The translations under genes and the position numbers were made by a program. DNA of 64,000 nucleotides from a virus (taxonomy: Duplodnaviria; Caudoviricetes): IMG/VR virus record IMGVR_UViG_3300035424_000154, positions 1-64,000 of that record. One strand, 5' to 3'. This document shows, piece after piece, positions 9,137 through 18,416 of the stretch; the stretch's first letter is position 1; every line of letters starts with the position of its first letter. The notes under the pieces are model-generated. The model worked only from the letters and a program-made list of their open reading frames with translations, was not told the origin of the DNA and made no database searches.

Positions 9137-9550
9137 ATGGCAAGCTACACACGCGAACAAATCAACCGATGGAACGCAAAGCTCAAAAACGGTTTTGAGC
9201 TGGATTTTCAGTATCTGCTGAACCACAACGAGAAAGTCGCCACAAAGTACCTGGATTTGTCCAACGGCAAGCGGCTCCAGGCGCGGCTGATCTGGAACGA
9301 CGTGCGGGACGGCCACCGCTACACTGGTTTGGTGCGGCCTCAGCTCCACCTGTCCGTCTGGAGCAGTACGGGCACCGGTATGATGCACAGTTTCGGCCTG
9401 GGTGCTTTTGTAGAAATCACTGAGCAGACCTATACCCGCCGCAACTGGAACGAGATCGCCAAGCTAACGGCTGATTTTACGGACGACAAGATCATGGAGA
9501 TTGCACAGCAGCATGTCGCCGCGCTGAAAAAGGAAACGCTGCTTACCTGA
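9137..9550 (+). CDS. Hypothetical protein (137 aa)
   Basis: Promoter 9064, GGAGG RBS. Confidence 0.85.
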   Translation: MASYTREQINRWNAKLKNGFELDFQYLLNHNEKVATKYLDLSNGKRLQARLIWNDVRDGHRYTGLVRPQLHLSVWSSTGTGMMHSFGLGAFVEITEQTYTRRNWNEIAKLTADFTDDKIMEIAQQHVAALKKETLLT

Positions 9551-9637
9551 TATGGGGAGGGGAGAAATCTTCTCCCCTTTTCCTTTAGGTTAGCAAAATT
9601 TCAAAAGCGTTTGTATATATAGTGGGAGGTGTCAAAA

Positions 9638-9934
9638 ATGACAAAAGCAACTGAAATTTGTAGCGCTGTGGAGCAGGCGCTGGCTGTTGGCCGAACGGTG
9701 TATATCACCGATGCAACGGAGACGCGCAAGGTTGTCAGTGTGGAATTTCTGGCGGCAAATTCATATCGCAAATTTGATGAGCAGTCGCTGAACGTCTTGG
9801 CTGATTATGGAAACGGCGAGACAAAACCATGGGAAATCGTGGTGACATGGCCTTGGGACGAGCTGGATGGCTGGGCGCTGGAAGAAGTAGACGGAGACTT
9901 GTTTATTGCACCGGAATGGTGGTTGAAACTATGA
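9638..9934 (+). CDS. Hypothetical acidic protein (98 aa)
   Basis: Promoter 9588, GGAGG RBS. Confidence 0.8.
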   Translation: MTKATEICSAVEQALAVGRTVYITDATETRKVVSVEFLAANSYRKFDEQSLNVLADYGNGETKPWEIVVTWPWDELDGWALEEVDGDLFIAPEWWLKL

Positions 9935-10038
9935 TTCATATGGGTGGACTGGCGGAAATGCTGGCCCGCCCATTCTTATTTTTGGGGCTGGTTAGCAAAG
10001 CCGGATGGATGGTTGTAATTATAGTAGGAGGTGCTAAT

Positions 10039-10242
10039 ATGCAGACTTTTACTAAAAATGAAGTGGCCTGGATGCTGGAAGCAATCAAGCTGACGGCTGA
10101 GTATTACAACACACATTCCAAACGCTGTGCTGGTATGGAAGCGTCGCTGGCGGTGCTGAGGGCTGAGCAGCTGACCGTGATTTCCGAAAAGCTGAATAAA
10201 GCGCTGGAAGCTGGCAACAAGCGCATTGAGATCAAATACTGA
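10039..10242 (+). CDS. Hypothetical protein (67 aa)
   Basis: Promoter 9990, AGGAGG RBS, ATG 10039. Confidence 0.75.
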   Translation: MQTFTKNEVAWMLEAIKLTAEYYNTHSKRCAGMEASLAVLRAEQLTVISEKLNKALEAGNKRIEIKY

Positions 10243-10255
10243 GGAGGGCGTCAAG

Positions 10256-10432
10256 TTGAGCAAGTGTTTTGAGCAAAAGCTGATGGCGATTGGCCTGCTA
10301 CTGATTTGCGCTGTTGTGCTGTGGCTGTGTTCCACTGGCACGACGCCGGAAGATCAGGATGCCACGGTGGTGGTGCTGCTGGCTCCCCTGGGGTTGTGGA
10401 TGCTGTTCACAAAAGAGATTGTGATATGTTAA
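10256..10432 (+). CDS. Small two-TM membrane protein
   Basis: GAGGAGG RBS, TTG start, two hydrophobic stretches. Confidence 0.65.
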   Translation: MSKCFEQKLMAIGLLLICAVVLWLCSTGTTPEDQDATVVVLLAPLGLWMLFTKEIVIC

Positions 10433-10554
10433 AGATCGGGAGGCTGTCAGAAGATAGTCTCCTGGTTTTATTTTCTGTTGTGGTTAGCATGGCTTGGATT
10501 CTGTTTGTAAATATAGTGAGCAGACCAAACAAACTAATATAAAGGAGAATCGAA

Positions 10555-11118
10555 ATGGGCTGGACAAGTTATTATCCGTCACACTTCAAGCGCGACGGTT
10601 CCGTTGATCGGAAAGCGGAATTGGACTACGAGCTTTTTACACGGTGGTGTGACCATGACAATGCGCACGAGCTGTTGAAATCTTCCGTTGTCGGTTCCAC
10701 TTACTATGCAGCGGCACGGAGTCAGCGTGGCAATATCTACGGCCTGGTGGTTATTACTCAGGTAGACAGAAAAACCGGCGAGTTTTACTATAAGGATATG
10801 TCGGAGGATATGCTGCCGTACTACTTCGACTGCCCGCTGTCTATCCTGAAGCTGTTGTCTCCTACTGATAACGAGTCCGCGCTGGAATGGCGGAAGCAAT
10901 GCCAGGAGAAAGCGGAGCGGAAAAAGTCTCCTACAGCGCTGGTGAATCTCCCAATAGGGGCGCGGATACGGTTTACCTATGGCGGCGAGGTGAAAGAGCT
11001 TGTAAAACATCCGCCTGCATATCAATTTAAGCGTCCGTTTTGGTACAATCCGGCCTGTCATCAATATATGTCCGCTAAACATATCCCAGATAACTATGAG
11101 ATCGTGAGTATGGCATAA
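10555..11118 (+). CDS. DUF6927-like mobile-element protein
   Basis: MGWTS...GSTYYAA...YKDMSEDMLPYYFDCPLSILKLLSPT...WRKQC pattern; family from memory. Confidence 0.7.
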   Translation: MGWTSYYPSHFKRDGSVDRKAELDYELFTRWCDHDNAHELLKSSVVGSTYYAAARSQRGNIYGLVVITQVDRKTGEFYYKDMSEDMLPYYFDCPLSILKLLSPTDNESALEWRKQCQEKAERKKSPTALVNLPIGARIRFTYGGEVKELVKHPPAYQFKRPFWYNPACHQYMSAKHIPDNYEIVSMA

Positions 11119-11219
11119 GCAAATGGGGAAGCCGTTATTTGACGAGCTTCCCTATTTTGTTTTCAATATGGTTAGCAAATTTGTTTGTCAGTTTGTAAAT
11201 ATAGTAGGAGGTGCGATTT

Positions 11220-11510
11220 ATGTTCAACATCGAAAAATTTATGGCCTATATGAAAGAGACGTTCGGGCCGATGGATAACCACTTCACCTATGACACGGTG
11301 GAAAATCTGGTGCGGTACGCTATGGAGCATAAGAGCCATACCAAAGACGCGGTGTGCTTCTTCTTGTCCGATATCATTGAGGAGCTGGAATTTGGTGAGG
11401 CCGCTATGTTTGAGGACGATGCCAACCTGACCAATTTTGGGCGGGCCGAAAAGCGTGATGCACTGAAGCGCCGCTATCCTGATACCTGGGACTTGAAAAG
11501 CTGCGGTTGA
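11220..11510 (+). CDS. Hypothetical protein (96 aa)
   Basis: Promoter 11170, AGGAGG RBS. Confidence 0.8.
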   Translation: MFNIEKFMAYMKETFGPMDNHFTYDTVENLVRYAMEHKSHTKDAVCFFLSDIIEELEFGEAAMFEDDANLTNFGRAEKRDALKRRYPDTWDLKSCG

Positions 11511-11628
11511 TCGTTGGGGGGGGATTGCCGGAAGGTAGTCTCCCCTATTTTATTTTGGTGTGTGGTTAGCAAAATATCTGAACCGTTTGTATATATAGTG
11601 AGCACAAAAAATAAGGAGGTTTTCTTTT

Positions 11629-12084
11629 ATGGAAAAGATTTGTAAGTGCTGTGGTAAGATCATCAAAGATGACGATGATTGCTTTGTAGTCAATTCTGGG
11701 ATGCCGGAGGAATTTGTTCAGTGCTGGCTGTGCCATACCAGCGACATGGACAACGGCAAAGTGCTCCAGTGTGAAGCCTGCGGTGAGTATTTTTCCGCCG
11801 GTGTACTCCATGACGAGGAGATTCACGGCAATTCTTTCTGTGCGTGTCCCAGTTGTGGCTGTGACATCGTGGAAGGAATGACGCGGGATGAGTTCACCGA
11901 CGAGCACCGGCCTATCCGTTTTGCTGTTGTGGTACATTTTTTCAATGGCCCGCGTGGATATGTCGTATCGGTGCCTGTTGGCGAGTGTGCCTCTGTGGTT
12001 AAAAAGCTGGCGGAAAAGGTGGATTTGTCCGGCGCGTCGGAGATCACCTACGCTGAAATTCTTTTGGGGGAGGATGAGTTCTAA
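11629..12084 (+). CDS. Multi-CxxC zinc-binding protein
   Basis: Four CxxC pairs; promoter 11564, AAGGAGG RBS. Confidence 0.8.
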   Translation: MEKICKCCGKIIKDDDDCFVVNSGMPEEFVQCWLCHTSDMDNGKVLQCEACGEYFSAGVLHDEEIHGNSFCACPSCGCDIVEGMTRDEFTDEHRPIRFAVVVHFFNGPRGYVVSVPVGECASVVKKLAEKVDLSGASEITYAEILLGEDEF

Positions 12085-12326
12085 TGTACATGACCAAAGA
12101 GAAGTTTGATGCGATTCAAAAGAAATATGGCACCCTTTTGGTTTTAAGCACCGACGCCAACGACGCTATGGAATTTGTCCGGGAGCTGTTGGAGACTGAG
12201 GCGGATGCCCTGCGGGAGAAATGTGCATATGCCCATCGGTCGATTGCCGAGATGGAGGATGCAGCCCGTCGGGTGGCAGAATTGAATAATGACGCTGAGA
12301 ACGATAAGTTCGGGGATGGGGAGTAA
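12084..12326 (+). CDS. Hypothetical protein (80 aa)
   Basis: TAATG overlap, GGAGG RBS. Confidence 0.75.
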   Translation: MYMTKEKFDAIQKKYGTLLVLSTDANDAMEFVRELLETEADALREKCAYAHRSIAEMEDAARRVAELNNDAENDKFGDGE

Positions 12327-12426
12327 CCCATCCCCATTTTATTTTTCTGTATGGTTAGCAAATCTGGATAGTGGCCTGTAAATATAGTGTAGCGATACAA
12401 CAAACAACTTTAAGGAGGCTGACACA

Positions 12427-12963
12427 ATGAGTGCTGCGAATTTTTGCACTATGAGAGACTTTCCCCTGTTTGCCAAGGACTACTACGAGGAGGCCAAGCG
12501 TTGCCCTGAATGTGGGGCTATCATGGATACTGACGCTGTTTCCTGTGAGGACTGCGGTTGCGAGGAGCTGGAGGACTACACCTACTTTAATCAGTTCCAG
12601 TGTGATGAGGAGTGGGAGGAAATCACCAGCCTGATGGATGAGCTGAATCGTGACCTGATGTTCCACAAGGTTGAGATGCGGAGTGGCTACTATACCGGCG
12701 TCCAGTTTTATGTGGAGGTTGAACACGATCTGGGTGATGAGGACTACTCCAACGACGATTGCCACTACTACTTTGACTGCTGCCGGAGTGTGGCCTACCG
12801 GAAGTACGCCGCTGAGGTGCGGAAGATCAATCGCAAGCTGGCCGCTTGGGGAAAAGAGTACGGATTCCAGGAGTATGTATGTATTGCCCGCTTTTCCAAT
12901 GGGGAGGCTATATACGATTTGGCATCCAATCCCCGCGCCCGCCTGAAGGATGCTGTTGCATGA
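12427..12963 (+). CDS. Acidic zinc-ribbon protein
   Basis: CPECG...CEDCG; promoter 12353, AAGGAGG RBS. Confidence 0.85.
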   Translation: MSAANFCTMRDFPLFAKDYYEEAKRCPECGAIMDTDAVSCEDCGCEELEDYTYFNQFQCDEEWEEITSLMDELNRDLMFHKVEMRSGYYTGVQFYVEVEHDLGDEDYSNDDCHYYFDCCRSVAYRKYAAEVRKINRKLAAWGKEYGFQEYVCIARFSNGEAIYDLASNPRARLKDAVA

Positions 12964-13088
12964 CCCTATCGCCCGCCGTGTAAAAAAACGGCGGGCTTTA
13001 TATTTTAGTGGTTAGCAATACACCTATTTGCTTTGTAATAGGTAGTGAGAGGCAACTCCACAACAATTTTTTGAAAGGACTGACAACT

Positions 13089-13292
13089 ATGGAAGAAGCA
13101 AAAAAGACCTATGTGTGCAAGCGGGCGCGGATGTGTACCTACCTCATGGGGAAGGGATTCAAGCCCTACAAGGTATGCCCTGACCGGGATAACCCCATGT
13201 ATGACGTGTTTCTTTTCACCGCGACCCCTGAGCTGTATAAAGCTGTGACGGAGTACATCAGCAATCGTGCCGAGAGGAGGGCCGACAAATGA
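13089..13292 (+). CDS. DUF5659-like small protein
   Basis: YLMGKGF...DRDNP..DVFLF pattern; promoter 13010. Confidence 0.65.
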   Translation: MEEAKKTYVCKRARMCTYLMGKGFKPYKVCPDRDNPMYDVFLFTATPELYKAVTEYISNRAERRADK

Positions 13293-13726
13293 AAATTTAC
13301 GTTTTGGTCTATGAGCAGGATACGGACTGCGGGTGTGACGCAGAAGTGTCTACCTTTATCCGCAAGGAGGACGCCCAGGCTACCATGCGGGCCGGCTGGG
13401 AAGAATCTGTCGAAAGCTGGGAGTACAACTCCAAGGAGCACAAGGATGAGGATGAGTGCTACTGCGAGGAGGAAAGCGCCGTTATCCGTGACGGTATGGA
13501 TTCTGTACGCTGGCGCATTGAGGAACATGATCTGGATGTGCAGGTAGCCGTGCGCGTCAAAGGTGGCCTGGTGGATGAGGTTCACGCCAATGCTGACGTA
13601 AATGTTGACGTGTACGATCTGGACGTGTCCGATTTCCCCGATGAGGGTGAGCAGGACGAGGCCGACAAGAAAGAAGCTGAGCTGGATGAGCTTGTTAAGG
13701 CTCCTGGCTGGCGGGCTGTGTGGTAA
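13289..13726 (+). CDS. Very acidic hypothetical protein
   Basis: ATGA overlap, GAGGAGG RBS. Confidence 0.8.
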   Translation: MKIYVLVYEQDTDCGCDAEVSTFIRKEDAQATMRAGWEESVESWEYNSKEHKDEDECYCEEESAVIRDGMDSVRWRIEEHDLDVQVAVRVKGGLVDEVHANADVNVDVYDLDVSDFPDEGEQDEADKKEAELDELVKAPGWRAVW

Positions 13727-13740
13727 GGAGGGATAGAGAA

Positions 13741-13929
13741 ATGAACAGTACCTATGATGTGTCCAAACAAAAGGGCAGTTCCCGCTGGTATGCCCACTTG
13801 ACGGAGACTCCCAAGGTTCCGGCAAGTCCTCTGGCTGACAAGAAAACTGCGCTCCATGACGCGGCTGACCTGATGGGGATGCCCTACAAGGAGTACATGA
13901 ATTGGAGGAGGAAAAAGGGATGCGCCTGA
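13741..13929 (+). CDS. Hypothetical protein (62 aa)
   Basis: AAGGAGG RBS. Confidence 0.7.
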   Translation: MNSTYDVSKQKGSSRWYAHLTETPKVPASPLADKKTALHDAADLMGMPYKEYMNWRRKKGCA

Positions 13930-14270
13930 GCTTCACCCCCGATGAGATCGGGGCGATGCACGACCGGAACGAAAACTTCCAGGGTACGCAGGCGAATTTT
14001 GAAAAGCTCCAACTCTACCAGGCCGTCAAGCGCGGCCTGGTGGAGTTTAAGGAGCGCTGCGACTGCGTGCAGGTAGTTGATGGGTATGACCCTAACACAC
14101 GGGAAAAGCACGCTATTCTCTGGGTAGACTTCTCCCCTGCCGCTACATTGGATAGTGAAGAAACTGCCGCCTTGACCGCCATTATGAATAAGGCAGACGG
14201 TGTAATCATCGCCGCCATTGAGGAATGTACACGTATATCCTTTGTAATTAAAAACATTTGGGAAAAGTGA
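13920..14270 (+). CDS. Hypothetical protein (116 aa)
   Basis: GGAGGAGG RBS upstream; start at ATG 13920. Confidence 0.7.
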   Translation: MRLSFTPDEIGAMHDRNENFQGTQANFEKLQLYQAVKRGLVEFKERCDCVQVVDGYDPNTREKHAILWVDFSPAATLDSEETAALTAIMNKADGVIIAAIEECTRISFVIKNIWEK

Positions 14271-14351
14271 GGGGACGGTTAGCAAAACCGCCCTTTTTTC
14301 TGTAGATATAGTAAGAGGCGGAAACGTCCAAACATTAAGGAGGAATGACCT

Positions 14352-14726
14352 GTGGAAAATACCCTTCGGAAGAAAATCGAGGAAAACAAGGCGTGGTACA
14401 TCGAGCACTTTGGTGAGCTGAACTGGCAGTGGGTGGATGAGGGACTTCCCAACACCATCATGGACTATCATGGCAGCGTCGGTTCTGTGCTGGACTTCAC
14501 CGAGGATGATTGGATGGCCTGCAAGGAAAACGACTGGACGCTGGATGAAGTGTTGGAGTTGTGCGACGAAAAGGCGTTTGGCTCTGACGTGGACACCTTG
14601 GAGCACTTTTTCTCCTGCTTCCCCCAGGATATGCCCAAGGAGGACGCCATCGCTGCCGTTGAGGATTTCTACACCTGGCGGTGTGATTGCCTGCCCATCG
14701 TGGAAAAAATTTATAACAACGGTTAG
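14352..14726 (+). CDS. Acidic hypothetical protein
   Basis: Promoter 14277, AAGGAGG RBS; stop is the TAG of the next -35 box. Confidence 0.8.
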   Translation: MENTLRKKIEENKAWYIEHFGELNWQWVDEGLPNTIMDYHGSVGSVLDFTEDDWMACKENDWTLDEVLELCDEKAFGSDVDTLEHFFSCFPQDMPKEDAIAAVEDFYTWRCDCLPIVEKIYNNG

Positions 14727-14822
14727 CGAAACCGTATCCCATTCTGTAAATATAGTGAGGAGGGGAACAATCCTCTCCTCCTCACTGAAAAATCAACAAA
14801 TAATTTGAGGAGGAACAAAAAA

Positions 14823-15758
14823 ATGTCTGCAAATGTTGAAACCATGATGTACGTCCGCGAGAAGCCCTGGCACGGCCTGGGTACACGGGTCGAGGAGGCC
14901 CCCACCAGTGCTGACGCGCTGCGGCTGGCCGGTTTGGACTGGACGGTGGATCGCAAGCCTCTGCAGGTCTGCGGCGGGCCGAAGGTCGAGAATTTCTTCG
15001 CCAACGTGCGGAGTAGCGACGGCTCTGTGTTGGGTGTCGTGAGCGACCGCTACAAGGTGGTACAGAACGCCGACGCCTTTGCCTTTACGGACAGCCTGAT
15101 TGATGGAGAGGTTCGCTACGAGACGGCGGGAAGCCTGATGGGTGGCCGGAAGATTTGGCTGCTGGCAAAACTGCCGGATACCGAGATTGTCGGTGATAAG
15201 ACTGAGCCGTACCTGTGTTTCTCCAACACCCACGACGGAAGCGGTGCTATTCGCGTCTGCATGACCCCGATTCGTGTGGTTTGCAACAACACCCTGAACA
15301 TCGCCCTGAGCGGGGCCAGACGTGCGTGGTCTGTGCGACATACTGGCGACATCCAAACCAAGCTCCATGAGGCGCGGATGTGCCTGGATATGGCAAACAA
15401 GTACATGGACAAGTTGGCCGTGTACGCTGACCAGCTGGCGAACAAGACCGTCAAGGATGAGGAGATCGCCAAGATTCTGGATGAGATGTTCCCCGTAACC
15501 GAGGAGAGCAGCGACCGCGAGAAGCGGAACGCGGAAAAGGCCCGCACGGAGTACATGATCTGCTACTTTGCCCCGGATATCGCCAAGTTTAAGGGGACTG
15601 CCTGGGGTGCTCTGAACGCCATGAGCGACATGGTAGGGCACAATGCTCCCCGGCGTCAGACGGCCAACTACTGGGAAAACAACTGGGGGCGTATCATGGA
15701 CGGCCACGCCATGATGGACAAGATGGCCTCCCTGCTGGTGGGTGCTGGTGCAAAGTGA
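14823..15758 (+). CDS. DUF932 (TIGR03299 phage/plasmid-like) protein
   Basis: MSANVETMMYVREKPWHGLG...LAGLDW...YETAGSL.GGRKIW...NTHDGSGA...PIRVVCNNTL. Confidence 0.9.
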   Translation: MSANVETMMYVREKPWHGLGTRVEEAPTSADALRLAGLDWTVDRKPLQVCGGPKVENFFANVRSSDGSVLGVVSDRYKVVQNADAFAFTDSLIDGEVRYETAGSLMGGRKIWLLAKLPDTEIVGDKTEPYLCFSNTHDGSGAIRVCMTPIRVVCNNTLNIALSGARRAWSVRHTGDIQTKLHEARMCLDMANKYMDKLAVYADQLANKTVKDEEIAKILDEMFPVTEESSDREKRNAEKARTEYMICYFAPDIAKFKGTAWGALNAMSDMVGHNAPRRQTANYWENNWGRIMDGHAMMDKMASLLVGAGAK

Positions 15759-15858
15759 GATTGGAACGGTGGGTGGAGAAATCCACCCACCTCCCTTTCT
15801 GATTAGCAAATATCCATTTCATCTTGGAATAATAACAAAAAGAAGATGGGGACAAAGA

Positions 15859-16035
15859 GTGGTAACTGTCGAGCCAGGACATACTTGGAATGAAGATGAT
15901 CCGTTTGTTAGTCTGGATCACCTTATTAGGCGATTTGATGGACTTGGTGGAAAGGACTATTATCCATGCTTCTGCTTTTTTAAGTCTTATGACGAGTGCC
16001 GCAGGCATGAAATGAACCCATGGGATTATGTATGA
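15859..16035 (+). CDS. Hypothetical protein (start uncertain)
   Basis: Weak promoter variant at 15801; open frame. Confidence 0.4.
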   Translation: MVTVEPGHTWNEDDPFVSLDHLIRRFDGLGGKDYYPCFCFFKSYDECRRHEMNPWDYV

Positions 16036-16106
16036 AAGTATTATTTGGAGCAGGTCGGTTAGCAAACACCGGCCTGCTTTTGTAATGATAATGGGAGGTG
16101 TATGCA

Positions 16107-16322
16107 ATGGACAAAAAGATATTCTTTTTCTGTATGACTGTGTGCAATCACCGTACTGGCGCACGCATTGGAAAGCGTTGTGGTGTGGTGTTTGCCTCAA
16201 ACTCTGATGAAGCGGAGCGCATCGCTTGGGATAAGTATGGCAACGATGATACTTGCTTACCCTGGGTGGAGGAAGTTTCTGCTGACGGCTACGACTTTAC
16301 AGTTTATAAAAGCGAAATTTAG
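16107..16322 (+). CDS. Hypothetical protein (71 aa)
   Basis: Promoter 16057, GGAGG RBS. Confidence 0.7.
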   Translation: MDKKIFFFCMTVCNHRTGARIGKRCGVVFASNSDEAERIAWDKYGNDDTCLPWVEEVSADGYDFTVYKSEI

Positions 16323-16333
16323 GAGGTAGCAAG

Positions 16334-16543
16334 ATGACAAAGATATGTTGGCCTTGGAAAATGGTGGCGCGTTATGCTGACGGTGAAGAAATTGAAGTCG
16401 GCGGGAACAGCGAGGAGGATTGCATGGAACGGCTGGCCGCGTTCGAGGAAGCACATGGCGAGATGACCTGGTACAGCGGAGTCTGTGATGAGGACTATGC
16501 AAACGGTGAGTATATCGGACGGGACAACTTCATTTACGATTAA
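16334..16543 (+). CDS. Acidic hypothetical protein (69 aa)
   Basis: AGGAGG RBS, terminator after. Confidence 0.75.
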   Translation: MTKICWPWKMVARYADGEEIEVGGNSEEDCMERLAAFEEAHGEMTWYSGVCDEDYANGEYIGRDNFIYD

Positions 16544-16640
16544 CCGATACCGGACGGCGGGGTAAAATCCCCCGCCGTTTTTTATTTTGGTGGTTAGCAA
16601 TATTTTGAATTAGCCTGTAAATATAGTGGGAGGTGGATGT

Positions 16641-16994
16641 ATGTTTAGAGTTATCGTCGCAGGAGGACGTGACTTCGGTGACTACCAACTACTTCGGAAA
16701 ACGCTGGATAACCTTCTTTGCAATATCACTGAGGAGATTGTGGTGGTATGTGGACAAGCCAAGGGAGCTGACACATTGGGAGAGCAGTACGCCAAGGAAA
16801 GAGGATATGCAGTAAACTACTACCCTGCTAACTGGAAGCTGTACGGTAAACGAGCTGGATTCCTTCGCAATGAACAAATGGCTCAGAACGCGGATGCTTT
16901 GGTAGCGTTTTGGGATGGAGAAAGTCGAGGCACCAAGCATATGATCGACCTTGCTAAGCAATACAATCTAAAAATTCGGATAAAGCGATACTAA
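16641..16994 (+). CDS. YspA/DUF2493-like SLOG-family protein
   Basis: VIVAGGRDF...VVCGQAKGADTLG...G.RAG..RN.QM...DALVAFWDGESRGT.HMI. Confidence 0.85.
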   Translation: MFRVIVAGGRDFGDYQLLRKTLDNLLCNITEEIVVVCGQAKGADTLGEQYAKERGYAVNYYPANWKLYGKRAGFLRNEQMAQNADALVAFWDGESRGTKHMIDLAKQYNLKIRIKRY

Positions 16995-17009
16995 GAGGAG
17001 GAGTAAGTA

Positions 17010-17248
17010 TTGAATATCGCTGAGAATATCAAATGCAAGGAATTTACATTTAAGTGCCGCCCGACTGGAAGTCGGCTGCGCGGAATGGAAAATACTTGGG
17101 AGTATGAAATCTGGTTTCGTGGCAAGATTGTTGGAACGGCGAGAACTAAAAAGAAGCCCAGCAATGGGTGAGCAAGAAAGTCAAAGCGGTCAACGCCGTT
17201 CTGGAGGCGGCTCGAAAAAAGTATGGAGAGGAGAAGGAGAGAGGTTAG
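17010..17248 (+). pseudogene. Small gene with apparent frameshift at an A5 run (17148-17152)
   Basis: GGAGGAG RBS, TTG start; one extra A joins ...ARTKK to EAQQWVSKKV...ERG ending at the TAG of the -35 box. Confidence 0.45.
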
Positions 17249-17291
17249 CAGCCTCTCTCCTTTTTCTGTATATATAGTGGAGGTGTTGATA

Positions 17292-17489
17292 ATGACAGTA
17301 GACAATATCAAGTACGGCATTAGCATATTGCCAGAAAACTGCATGGCCTATTCTGACGGCTACCGTTTTGGAGCTTATAAGAATGATCTTGCAACTGGGG
17401 AAACTCATGTAGTGGAGTTTTTCAAGACCCGTAGCGAGATACAGGCTTTCGTAAATGCCAATCCACAATACGGGAAGGAGCGGGGCTGA
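17292..17489 (+). CDS. Hypothetical protein (65 aa)
   Basis: Promoter 17243, GGAGG RBS. Confidence 0.75.
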   Translation: MTVDNIKYGISILPENCMAYSDGYRFGAYKNDLATGETHVVEFFKTRSEIQAFVNANPQYGKERG

Positions 17490-17491
17490 TA

Positions 17492-17782
17492 ATGTTACGG
17501 CCTGGACGATACAAGGCCGAACATGATGGGGATATCTTCCACGCATACCGCTACATCATGGAGGTCAAGGAAACAGAGAAAAGCTACATTTTCAAGATGG
17601 TGGAGACGTCCAATCGGTACGCCAGCGATCAAATTGAGACAATGTTTAACGGAAGGTCAAAGGTGGTTCTTCGTAAGGACAAACCGTGTCGCCACGCTAT
17701 GCGAGTATGGAGCGATCATGATTTTACAATCTATCCATATCAGGCCGGTGTGCCATTTTATTTTCAGTTGGAGGAAGGTTAG
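17492..17782 (+). CDS. Hypothetical protein (96 aa)
   Basis: AAGGAG RBS; stop in -35 box 17777. Confidence 0.8.
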   Translation: MLRPGRYKAEHDGDIFHAYRYIMEVKETEKSYIFKMVETSNRYASDQIETMFNGRSKVVLRKDKPCRHAMRVWSDHDFTIYPYQAGVPFYFQLEEG

Positions 17783-17891
17783 TGCCCTCCTCTTTTTTTT
17801 TGTAAATGTAGTGAGAAGGTTAGCAAATCGGTGTTTTATCTTGAAATAGCAATAGGGCACCAACAACAAAATGACTTTTGGAGGGAAGGAA

Positions 17892-18206
17892 ATGATTACT
17901 GAAAGAAGTCTGGCTCGCTTATACAATCTGGTTGCTAAATATGCCTATCAAGATTTTTTGGCAGCCAACAAGAAGCGTATCAAGCGTGGTAGCAAAACAC
18001 ACGCCCCGTACTCTTTGTCGGATGCCACCAATGAGGCTCGTGAAATGTACCAGCTTGCGTTGAAAGGAGATAGGATCACGCCGGATGAGGAGAACCGTGT
18101 TAAGGCATATTTGCTAAAGAAAAATATGCTGGGCGAGCTGGATGATATTATTGCTGCGGAAAACGAGGGGAGAAAATACAGTCCCTCAGAAAAGGTAGAA
18201 ATTTGA
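17892..18206 (+). CDS. Hypothetical protein (104 aa)
   Basis: Tandem promoters 17777/17818; GGAGG RBS. Confidence 0.75.
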   Translation: MITERSLARLYNLVAKYAYQDFLAANKKRIKRGSKTHAPYSLSDATNEAREMYQLALKGDRITPDEENRVKAYLLKKNMLGELDDIIAAENEGRKYSPSEKVEI

Positions 18207-18287
18207 TTTTTGATACAAAAAGATTGGGGAGTGGTTAGCAGACCGCTCCCCTTTTTCTGTAATTGTAGTGAGAGGAGGTTCGCAACC

Positions 18288-18398
18288 ATGGAAATTTTCT
18301 TTGCACTGATTCTGGTGATTGGGAAGCTGGTCATAGAACAGGTCGCTGTGAAGCGGGCCAACAAATATGCCGACCTTGTGGTGCGGCGCTACGAATAA
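18288..18398 (+). CDS. Small hydrophobic peptide (36 aa)
   Basis: Promoter 18233, AGGAGG RBS. Confidence 0.6.
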   Translation: MEIFFALILVIGKLVIEQVAVKRANKYADLVVRRYE

Positions 18399-18416
18399 AA
18401 GGAAGGATGGAACGAC

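Larger units (their letters stand above)
2828..18256 (+). terminator. Series of intrinsic terminators closing the cassettes
   Basis: GC stem + T tract, e.g. 2828-2870, 3760-3789, 4363-4394, 7020-7052, 16049-16081, 17236-17265, 18226-18256. Confidence 0.8.
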
